Shown here: one piece after another, positions 25,199 to 35,389 of the stretch
How positions within the stretch are numbered: position 1 is the first letter of the stretch
How the letters are laid out: each line of letters starts with the position of its first letter
Assembly (NCBI GenBank): GCA_008632985.1
Contig: QPGO01000017.1
Location: forward strand, 124,001-188,000
Source: Psammoneis japonica
Taxonomy: Eukaryota
Length of the DNA stretch: 64,000 nucleotides
Reading direction: 5' to 3'
Made by a program: the position numbers and the translations under genes
Notes under the pieces: model-generated
What the model saw: the letters and a program-made list of their open reading frames with translations, nothing else
What the model was told of the DNA's origin: nothing
Database searches by the model: none

Positions 25199-27473
25199 AT
25201 GGCGGCTATGACGGTTTATTACTGCAGGCCTACTGTAGACTACCGGCACTGTAGCGCCTTCAGCGAGCCCGGCAAATTTTGAGAACCTGTACGTATTATC
25301 CAAACGTATTCAGTCGGGCTCGTATGGCACGGTTTATGTCACGACAAACAAGGCAACGAAAAAGAACTACCAAGTCAAGGTCGACTCAAGTTCAAGAAGC
25401 CAGAAAAAGACACAAGGAGTATTACAGGGAAGTCAGAATCATGAGAGAGCTGAGTGCCTGTGAAGGAATCATAAGATTGGAAGCCTTTTGAACTTCCAGG
25501 CACGTTTCACGTTGTGTTGGAGTTGGCCGAGGGTGGAGACTTGTTTGATCGACTAGGCGATCGCACACCCCACACGAAGGAAGACGCACGCGACTTGGCG
25601 CTTTCGCTGCTGCAGACGATCATGCATATGCATAGAAAAGACTGTTTCACCGTGCCCTTGAACCAGAGAATCTGTTGCTGCGAGATTGGGTGGACAACAC
25701 CGCGATTAAGCTGGGAGACTTTGGTTTTTCGAAAAGCTGCCCGTGGATGGTTCTCTCTTACGTACGGTACTCGATGCGGTACTCCAGCCTTTGTCGCCCC
25801 TGAAATCTCTTGGGTTCCCCATCGGAAAGACCGTTGATATTGTGTCGGTGGAGTTATCCTCTGTGCTTTTGGTAGGATACGCACCCTTTTAGGACAAGCG
25901 TCGTAGAGATTTGTTTCAGAAGATTCGCTCCGCAGACAACGCCTTTCACGAGAAGTACTGGGAGTGAGATTCAATGAAGCAAAGAGGCGCATCACTCGGC
26001 TCGTGACGGTCAACGCGAACTATTGTCTACAGTGGAGAAAGCACTGGAGAGCGAATGGATCACCAAGCTTGATGGAGAAGAATTGAGCGGACGCGACTTG
26101 AGAGGATCCATCAAGATGCTGGGATTTCGAACACCTGTTGCCGCAGCAGAAGCTTAAGGGCGCTTTCCACGCAGTGAAGTAAGTACAGGCAATCGATCGT
26201 CTCGATATAATAGATCTGCTTTCATCTGAAGTGATTCCTGGTACTCCTTGTCTGTCTCAGTTGGGTAAGGAAGGCGCTGTTCTGGGATTCGGACGCCGTG
26301 ACTTTTTCTAGTGGCCACAACAAGTCTGATGCCCTCTTTTCCGATGACGAACCGGCGTCAAAAAAGTTTCACCAAAATGCTCCCATCCAGGAGTTACGTA
26401 TAAGCAGAGCAGCGCCTCAAGATGGGAGTTTAAAGTCAGCTCGGAATTCAAGGATGCATACGACCTTCTTAAAAAGGTTCGATAAAAGGTAGCATGGCCA
26501 CCGGTCAAGATCATCAAGCATGAAGGGCTAACCCGCATGGCGACGAGGGTATCATGAACGAGGCTTTCATTCCTGCAGTCTCTGAAGCACGATCACATTG
26601 TGCAGCTGATTAACTTCTGCGAAGCACCCGACTAATTTTACATGGTGATGGAGTACATGGAGGGCGAAGATGTCTTTGATAGAGTGAGCGTAAAAACTAC
26701 ACCGTGGAGGATGCTTGGGATCTCATCCGAACGCGATTGGAGACGACTGCATTCATCCACAGTTATGGTGCTGCACATCGGGATCTGAAACCCCAGGGTC
26801 AGACTGACAGCACGAAACACTTCTCAACTAGAGGTAGTATAGGTGCAGGAGTTGTCATTCGCGTACGCCTACGTGAAAAATGGATCTCTTCATCATACAA
26901 CGCAGATAATTCTGTCAAAGGTGAGCAAAGTCAGCAGGATATCGTGCATAGATTCTTGGCTTGTGTCATGGTTATGTTGAAACGAAGTGCTCCCGTGTTT
27001 CTTTCATATCAATATCTTTGCAATAGAGCAACGATGGAGACGCGGATATCAAGTTGGCAGACTTTGGCTTCGCCGAGAGGGTACGCATGTCTCAATCTTT
27101 GACCACTCGTTGCGGCACTTTTACCCATGTAACTCAAAAGATTTTAAAGAATGTTTCTCACGACCAAGCAGTCGACATGTGGCCAATAGGCGTTATTACG
27201 TGTTTGTTGTCATCGGGCTACCCGCCTTTTGCTTCGGATAGTCAAGTGGAACTGTTTCGACAGATTCCAAGAGATACTTTTGAGTTTCATGACGCTGAAT
27301 GGGGTGGCGTCTCACCAGAAGCGAAGGAGCTTGTGATTTGACCGTGATGACGAGCTTCTCTCTAGCAACGAGTTGTCATTCAGCGTCCGTGAAATCAAGG
27401 AGATTCGTAATACGTTCAAGGGTCTGTCCGGAGCCATGCGTTTTGGCTGTTTATCAAGAATAGCGCCAAATAA
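25199..27473 (+). pseudogene. Twin-domain CaMK-like kinase pseudogene
   Basis: Domain 1: GSYGTVY, EVRIMREL, LELAEGGDLFDRL, TRCGTPAFVAPEI. Domain 2: AHRDLKP, LADFGFA, VDMW. Many stops and frameshifts. Confidence 0.85.
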
Positions 27474-28442
27474 GCTTTCTTGTAGAATCGCTGTGTAGCT
27501 TGACGTCGGGAGAATCTATGATAGAAGGTTCACTTGCAACGACAACAAAATGCCGGTACGAAATCTATTGGGTTGTTAGAATGTTGTGTACTGGATGTTA
27601 CCACTACGTGTTCCCCGGCTTCTAGAGTTTTCTTTTTGTAAGACCTTGGCAAGGCACTCCCACCAAACATTTCAACCTACCGGTATCACATGGAGTCAGT
27701 CTACGCTCGTTTTTAACACGCTACACGAGTATCTCCTTTAATGAGTAGTAACACCTACTCGAGAGAAAACGATCATAGGCTGTCACGCTGTGCTACTAAT
27801 TACCCCCATAGTTCATACTTCTCCAATGTGCTTGAAACGTCGCTTGGACCCCGTGTCTACAACATACGACTAATGCTTCAAAGCATCAAAGAAAAGATCC
27901 GTTTCATCATCGTCGACAAGATGCTTCATCACACGGTCCTTCTCCTCCTTTTCAGCTGCAGCCTTGGCTTCTGATTCCGCAAGCTTGGCCTCCGACACCT
28001 CACGAGCCTTGCGATCTTCTAAAGCCATGGCCAAGGCATTCTCCTTTGCCTCTTTTTCAGTGGTCGCACTGGCTTTCCAAGCATCTGCTTCGGCTTCCGC
28101 TTTCCTTCGATCGTCATTCACGGACGCCGTGCTATCAACTGACTTTTGCATGCATTTGACCAATTCAGAAAACATCTTGTTTGTTTCGGTTTGATTCTTG
28201 ACCAACCCTGGCAAGTTGTCCATGAGAGTCTTGTGGCTGTCCGTGGCGTTCTTGTTGCTTTCCGTGAGGTTCTTGTTGCTGTCCGAGAGGTTCTTGGTGG
28301 TTTCCATCTGAATGGAAAGGTTGCGCTTGGTGTCGATAAGATCGCGTTTCGTTTCTACGTTTTCCTTTTTGAGCTGCTTGGCGGACTTCTTGACACTTGC
28401 GGGCATGCCCTTGAAACCGGCCGGCGTTGACACATCAGACTT
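25981..28442. repeat. Tandem segmental duplication, copy B
   Basis: Collinear with 21908-24380. Confidence 0.95.
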
Positions 28443-29533
28443 CGCCGAGACGGCTGTGTCTTCACTTGCCGTGCGGGCGATGGCATGAAATATCGAGTCG
28501 TCTACATCCCCGTGGTCGGCGTCACGGAACAAAACCTTCCTGGCAGAGGCGGGAGGATTCTTCAACACCTTTTTGTCCTCGACCGCTTCCTTCTTGGAAG
28601 ACGCGGGAGGATTCTTTGACAAGGACGAGACGGACACGGGCGCGGAAGAGTGAGAATGTCGCAAAGAACAAACACAAGCAATCCTGACGAAACGTACCTT
28701 TTTGTCATTGACCACCTGACGACTTTCCCGCCACACACGGAACTCCTCGTCCGTTGGGCGGTTCTCCCCGTGGTCGGCGTCACGGAACAAAACCTTCCTG
28801 GCAGAGGCGGGAGGATTCTTCGACGACACCTTTTTGTCCTCGACCGCTTCCTTCTTGGAAGACGCCGGAGGATGATTCTGTGACAAGGACGAGACACGGG
28901 CGCGGAAGAGTGAGAATGTCGCAAGGCACAAACACAAGCAATCCAAAAGCAATTTCTGCAGCGTACCTTTTTGTCGTTAACTACCTGACGACTTTCCCGC
29001 CACACACGGAACTCCTCGTCTGTTGGGCGGTTCTCCCAGTATTCCGTTTCAATGACAAACTTATCGGCAGAAATATTAAACAAACTCGAAAGCGTACCAC
29101 TGAAAGAATCAGACGCATGGGTACCCCTCTTCCACAACCCGCACCCTTTTTCCAGACAACCCATTTTGTACAGACAGTATGCCTTGTCAACCACGCTCAT
29201 CAAGTTGCCCGAGGTGGCATCCACTTGCCCGTTTTCGTCCACTTCAACGTACGCAACCAGGTTTCCGAGACAGAGAAGATGGCCGGACTCGTCAATGGTG
29301 TATCCTTTCCTCACCACGCTGTATTTCTTCGGATTTCCTTGACCATTCATTTTAGCGTTCCCGCGTGTGTCATACACTTGATACATCTTTTTTCCGGAAA
29401 GCAAAGTTGCAACGATTACATCGTGCTGCTTTTTCGTCATGATTTTGCAAGAAGCAACTTGATTCTCGTCGAGTACAAAGTGACGCTTGCGGACAACCTC
29501 GATGGCATTGATGATGTCTTGAATCGAAACCAT
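27870..29533 (-). CDS. Hypothetical ~496-aa protein with C-terminal coiled coil; exons 29533-28967, 28877-28698, 28613-27870
   Basis: Two homologous introns (AAAAAG|gtacg...ttgtcacag/ttgtcaaag|AAT) of 89 and 84 bp. Splicing joins the 323-aa and 360-aa ORFs into one stop-free frame. Confidence 0.75.
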
Positions 29534-30882
29534 TGTTTCTCTTGAAGATGCGTGAAAGCAAGCTTTGATAACAAACGAAAGTGGGGCTAGACGAGTGTCG
29601 TGTGTATCGAACGTCGAGACGATGATTGTGTTCAGTAGCCCCAGTGTCGTCGGCTTTGGTGACCGTTGCTCCGCTTCGTGCTACGAGCTGATTTTGAATT
29701 TGCGCGCTAGAAAACCTCGGTACCGTTAGAATGTGTAGAAATTACGTATGTAGATTGCGTAGAGCAATCCCAGCGCGTGTAGGATTACGTAGATTTGCAG
29801 TTTGAGTTGGGCATCTTTTTTGAAAGCCACCTTCATCCTGAATCCACTGCGACAATGACGAACTTTGCGTTGCTACCGCTAAACGTATAATAAGAGTTAA
29901 ATTTTCCGATGTTACAGATCGACAGACATTATTATGAATTAGCCACATATTACGCCGGCAGTGACATCGAGCAAATCGACTGCGGCTGCCGCCGATCCAT
30001 CACCCGCCGACGGCACGATGCTCGAGAAGGGGGGATCTCACGCGTTGATTGTCGAAATACTATGCAGGTTGCCCTCCAATCAACCGTTTGCGCAAGTGCG
30101 GGAGCCCAGAGACTGTTGCGCTTGTGCCGGTACCGTCTTCATTACTGTATGGCTTTTCTCGCGCAGCCCGCACCTTGCTCATTACTAGAGACATTTTTTC
30201 TGCATCTAAGAATGGTAAGACCAGTAAGTCATCATTTGAAATGGTGAAGCACTCACACACACTCTACAGTACGTACTGTCGAGATAGAAGAAACAGCAGA
30301 AGAAACAACACATTCGCCTACACTTCGTCCCTCTTCCATAACTGCGTGCACATTTCATCCAACCTTCGAACCTCTCTAGACCCCACTAGATACTGAAAGA
30401 TCCACAATCTGATTCTCCAAAGGAACAGCTTTTATCAAAGGACTTAAGTCATGCAGATTGTTGGCATGGAACGGCCACTTTAAGGACTTGCTCGCAGTCC
30501 CAGATATCCATGCTGAGAACTGACAGGCAAAAAACGTAGGTGTCATCAATGCTCCTTCGCGTCGTGTTCCCGGCATGCACTTTTCAGAAATTGTGACGGC
30601 CGAAAAACGACATGCCGTGATTATGCGCCGACTAAGACCCCAAGAAGGATATCAAGCGCGTCACAAGTCCATCTTGATACCAATAGTAGTTACAAAAAAG
30701 AATGTACAGTGGGATGAAGCATAAGGCTCCCAAACCGATACCCTTTTGTCTGCGCAAACGACGTGAAATAGTTTTCGTCGTCACAGATACAATAATCGGA
30801 TGTAGAGTGCCCAGTGCCTACACAACAGAAAAGGGAGCACGCAAAGGCGAGTTGAATAAGGACGAACGGCACCGAGACAACA

Positions 30883-32179
30883 TTACGACAATTGACTTAC
30901 TTCGTTCCATGTTTTTTGTCGTACTTTTGGAAACGCACCGCCGATGGAATGAGTCTGCCGCATGTCGCGGATGAATTTTTGGTTGACTACGCGCACCTCT
31001 CTTCGCTGTTGCCTTTGATATTGTAACACTTTTCTCGTGGCAATTTCGTCTTCGGCATCATCCGAGTCGTCCTCCATTTTTTGTATAGGGAAGGTGGTAT
31101 GTCGTCACCTTCAGCCAACCCGCTGTCGTAGGCATCGTGGGCGTCAGTCCCTACGCCGATGAGCTTGGTATCACCTTCCTCGGCAACGCTACTCTCGTTG
31201 CTATTAGCTTGGACCGGTACGGAAGACCCCCCCCGTGGAAATCTTCGTTCCATTGGTACGAGTTCTAGTTTGTATCGCCATTGTTCAAGATAGAAATAAC
31301 TGCACTTTTAGAATCACAGTCCATCACGATGCTGCTGCCGTTGCTAGCTTGGACCGAACGACAATAACCCCCCTTGCAAATACTCGTACTATTGGTAGCT
31401 TTTGGCTCGCGTTGCCTTGCGACGCTGCTGCGTTTCGCTTGGGAACCTTTGCGTCGAGCTTTCTTCCCAATTTTCTATGAGAGATGGAAAAAAAAAACAG
31501 TTCTAGAATTGAAAAGACAACATGAAATAGAACAAGAAATGAAACTTACCTTCTTGGACTGCGTGGTTTTGAATAAGTAGTATTTCCTCACTAGTATAAG
31601 TTTCTTCAAACGACGCTTCTTTTCTTCTGGTATGCACATCAAGTCCACTTCCTTCGAAATGAACCTTGGTTCTTCCTCATTCGTTTTCTTGAGATCTGAT
31701 TTATCAACCCGCTTGAAAAACATTTCAATGACCCACTCATCAGTGAGATCTCTACATTCTAACTTGTGCCGTTAAGCCAGTGGCCTGGATGATTGCCCAC
31801 ACGTTTGATACCGCTTGGTCACGAGTTCGCTATCGACAGCGGTTCTGTCGAAAATACTCGGAAAGAACAACTTGGTTCTTTCCAGGTTCAATGGATCAGA
31901 GCATTTTTCACCCATTGGCTCTTGAGTGGTAACAAGTGGGTCGACCAGTAGTGCACTTCTGGATGAATGTGGGGAGGAAAACATGGCATTTGGATTGACC
32001 AAATGGAAACCATTGCCATCGTCAGCGCTTGATACACCACTCGTTGAATTGGCCCGCATTCCGCCTCGCGGCATATCAACAAGTGCTAGTGGACAATCAT
32101 TTCTAGCGTTTACACGATCTCCACTGTCCTCTTGTGGCAAATAGGCACCATTCTTGTGTTCATTCATGATGACAAACAA
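30883..32179 (-). pseudogene. Disrupted hypothetical gene
   Basis: ORFs 32179-31772 and 31723-31475 are in the same frame, split by one TAA. gtaagt donor at ~31548 and ctcatag acceptor at ~31476. Further acidic fragments extend to ~30883. No recognisable family. Confidence 0.4.
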
Positions 32180-32189
32180 TCAACAACGG

Positions 32190-32480
32190 ATGATATGTAT
32201 GAACAATGATCGCAGGTAGATGCGGTGCAGCTCTCAGCTCGTTGGCAACGAGATCTGCGGATAAGACGAAAAAGAAAAGAAAGCAGAGTGTGAGCAATGC
32301 AGGCCAGTGATAAGGACTTCCGTATGGATTGATATAAACGGAATGTGCATTGTGCCGGACGATTATCGTCTCTAGTACACTCACTACCGATTTTCAAATG
32401 CCAGTCTTTCCTGAACAAACAGCGGTAGATTCAATTCACATGCCAACTCGACTTGAGCTCGAAACCAGGGCACAAGAAGA
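32190..32480 (-). pseudogene. TatD-family DNase gene fragment
   Basis: PWFRAQVELACELNLPLFVQERLAFE followed by PHLPAIIVH resembles TatD QLxLAxELxLPxFxHxR...xxxHCF. The rest of the gene is not seen. Confidence 0.5.
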
Positions 32481-33013
32481 GCGCCTTTCTTTTCAAACGA
32501 TCGACAAAAGCACAAAATCATTGTGCCATAGTAGTCGATTTTGAGGAGCATACGTTGCAAAGTTGAACTCTTGCAGGAAAGCGCTTGGTCCAAGATGACA
32601 CGATAAGGGGAATCAAATGAAACTGCAAGAAGGCCGGATCAAAGGTGTCTGCATTGAACGGATTGAATTCTGGGTATCGTTCCATGCTTTCCTCGGCAAT
32701 TATTGATATTTATCTCTCAGTGACACTTTCTCGAGTCATAAACATCCCCAGCGTGGCGTGCAGGAATCGCCACAACCAAAGGTACGGAAACATGCATTGC
32801 AAAGCCGAGGGTGCGCAAATGGCTGGATCGGCTTCGATTTAGCGGGTAAGTTGAGTGATATCACTTCTTCTGGCACTCAAAATAAAAATGGGAGATAGTA
32901 GAGGCTAATAAAAAGCATTGTTACTGTCGAACGGTTCCGTAATAGTCTAAAATACCGCTCCGATCCTCATGGTATTGCTGTTAGATGAAAAATGTCACAG
33001 GGTTCGAGAGAGA

Positions 33014-33266
33014 TTCATCGTGGAACCCCACAAATACGCGGGGACCCGTAACCCGGAAATGTGTAGAGTTGTACGTGCATGTATGGGGACTCTTTACGTA
33101 GGTTTTGTACCAGAGCTATCTCGCGAACTAGGCGTTTTTTCGAAATTTTGTCGTAGAAACTGTACCAGTTTTGCGTATGTAGGCTACATGTTTCAGTACC
33201 ACATACAAAAATGAGCGTAGACCTCTACAGGAGGGTCCCCGCGTATTTGCGGGGTTCCACGATGAA
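33014..33266. mobile_element. MITE (253 bp, 34-bp TIRs) nested in the left TIR of the larger element
   Basis: ttcatcgtggaaccccacaaatacgcggggaccc (33014-33047) versus gggtccccgcgtatttgcggggttccacgatgaa (33233-33266), one mismatch. The empty site is visible in the other TIR, and ~6 extra bases (gagaga/gataga) suggest a TSD. Confidence 0.9.
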
Positions 33267-34464
33267 GATAGAGAGGTGTCTCTCTCTTTTTTTTTTGCTT
33301 CCACAACACCTTTCCGGGTTCCCCTCAACAGCCACGTAGAATCGTACACAAAATAAGCACTAGAATTTGAGTTGCAACCATCAAAACACACCGATGTCAA
33401 CCATGAAGACCGCCGCTGCTCCGCCGCCAAGCGGCACGCAACTAACCAACCCGAACATGATAGTCGTGCATCTAGTCGAAGTGTCAAGCATTCTGCCATC
33501 AATCTGGACTCGCATGATTCTGAAGAGGGCTCAGAAACCCACAAGAAACGAGGGGCAGCCAGCTGCGAAACTTGTCATTCCCTGCGGCCTGCGGTGCTTT
33601 CACATTCACGAGGCGCACCGAGAGGCGCAATAATTCCAATCAATTATCGTCGAAGACATGGGCTGTTGATTCAGTTGCAAAGTGTTTTGAGAATCTCCCG
33701 CAGCCAAAGAGTGTCACGAGGAGATGAGCGGCGAGACCGATGTTGATGTTTGATGTTGTGGTGCCACAGATCGGAGGCCATTTGACACATTGTCGATGAG
33801 GTTTCTGATGCATCTGGCTTGTCCATGGATTCTACTCCATTGGAAGTTTGAGCTGCACTGGAGACACTGCACAAGCTTTTGACGTCATTCCTGGAGCCTG
33901 GTCATAAAAACCTGAACGACTCTGCTCGTGCACGTCAAAAGAAAACTCCCACTTGCGAAGCAGAGCATGATCTTTCGCGTTTCAAGGTGAACAGACAGGT
34001 GAGTGCAAACAAAAATCTCCATGCATTCAAACTGCATTGCCTGCTTGCTCACGCCCACAACCTGCTCTCTTTCAGAGCAGGGAGGAGGACATGTCGCAAG
34101 TCTCGCACTCGGACCGCGAGATGACGACAACGACGAGGAAACACACCGACTTTCATGTCGACAAGGTTCCTTTTCATGACTCATTCCAGCTTGCTGCAAC
34201 AAACAGTCCTCATCTGAAGAAGCACCATGGGTGGGGCAAGAACATGATTGGGGAACAATCCAAGTTTGATTTGTTGGTGGAGTTTGATTCGGCGCCACCG
34301 AAAAATGCAGTCCACACTTCCGAATCAATTGCAACATGCTTTGGAGCAACTGTGAGAGGATTGCATTGGAGATTCATCTTGTTGCAACATTGACATTCTG
34401 GGTGCCAATCAAGGCTGCAGCACCAGTGCTGTGGATGCTTGCCAGGCCCCACTCGACATGTTGC

Positions 34465-34770
34465 CACTCGAGAACAGTTGACCACACCGAGACAACACGA
34501 CGCCACCAGCTGAGACTCGACATTTGCTGTTCGAGATGACACAATGCCACTGGGAAGAGACTGCGCATTCTGCTCGAGATGATGCGATGACATTGGAGCT
34601 GGACATTTGCTGCGAGCACTCGAGATGATGCAACAACACTGGAGACCAGATGGTTGCTGGGTCTGCTCGAGACGACACCACTCGAGATCAGACATTGCTG
34701 CTCGAGACAACACAACACCAGTCGAGATGACAGCACAATCACCAACCTTGAATGGTCGTGACATGTCGAG
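34465..34770. repeat. Irregular array of about 10 TCGAGA(T/C) motifs inside the TIR element
   Basis: (c/g/t)tcgaga-tgac/-tgatg/-caac/-cgac recurs at ~34467, 34531, 34573, 34619, 34666, 34681, 34701, 34721. Confidence 0.7.
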
Positions 34771-35389
34771 TGGTGCTCTCCATAAAAGAGACAGTGCTTG
34801 TGCCAACATTGGAGTTGACGTTCACTGCTGCTGCAGTGCGAAGTGCGAAACATCCTTGCACCCCGTCTCAGCACGGCGGCAAGGCTTGCTGTGCCTGCCG
34901 CCAGTTGAGCGTGGTCAACAATGCATTCAAAAGTGTCTCTTTGAGTCATTCAGGATGCCTTTCCAAAAGCAAGCCCAACTAGAGAGTGCAATGTCATGAA
35001 AAACCGGACCGCTTCATTGCCATTGTTTGTTGTTTTGATCTTGCGGTGGTTGCATCAAATTCTAGTGCTTGTTTTGTGTGCGATTCTACGTGGCTGTTGA
35101 GGGGACCCGGAAGATTGTTGTCGAAGGAAAAAAGAAAAAAAAAGAGGACACCTCTCTCTCTCGAACCCTGTGACATTTTTTCATCAAACAGCAATAGATT
35201 TCAGATTGTGGATTGTGGTTTGTGCGCGTGCGTGACTGATGAGTCCCGTCTAACTTTATGTCTGCGCCTCGCGCCGCCGGTCGGCACGCACTGGGTCAGC
35301 ATGTATTCAGATTTATAATGTCCTGAAGATTGCAAACGGCATTGTCATTACCTGATGTCATCATAATTGGATAAGAACATGAATGGCAT

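Larger units (their letters stand above)
32973..35196. mobile_element. Non-autonomous DNA transposon with ~150-bp TIRs and flanking TA (possible TA target duplication)
   Basis: Left TA|ttgctgttagatgaaaaatgtcacagggttcgagagaga[MITE]gagaggtgtc...gcactagaatttgagttgcaacca matches the reverse complement of 35047-35194 followed by TA. No transposase recognised inside. Confidence 0.85.

Noticed and set aside
29040..29533. N-terminus as a domesticated integrase zinc-binding-like domain
   Set aside because: The resemblance is loose and the expected His/Cys ligands are not convincingly present; it needs a profile search.
34465..34770. CRISPR-like array
   Set aside because: The motif is only 6-10 bp with irregular, mutually similar spacers, in a eukaryotic context with no cas genes.
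33000..35200. Chimeric assembly joining two organisms at the composition switch
   Set aside because: One transposon with matching TIRs spans the switch, and the transition is graded over a few hundred bases.
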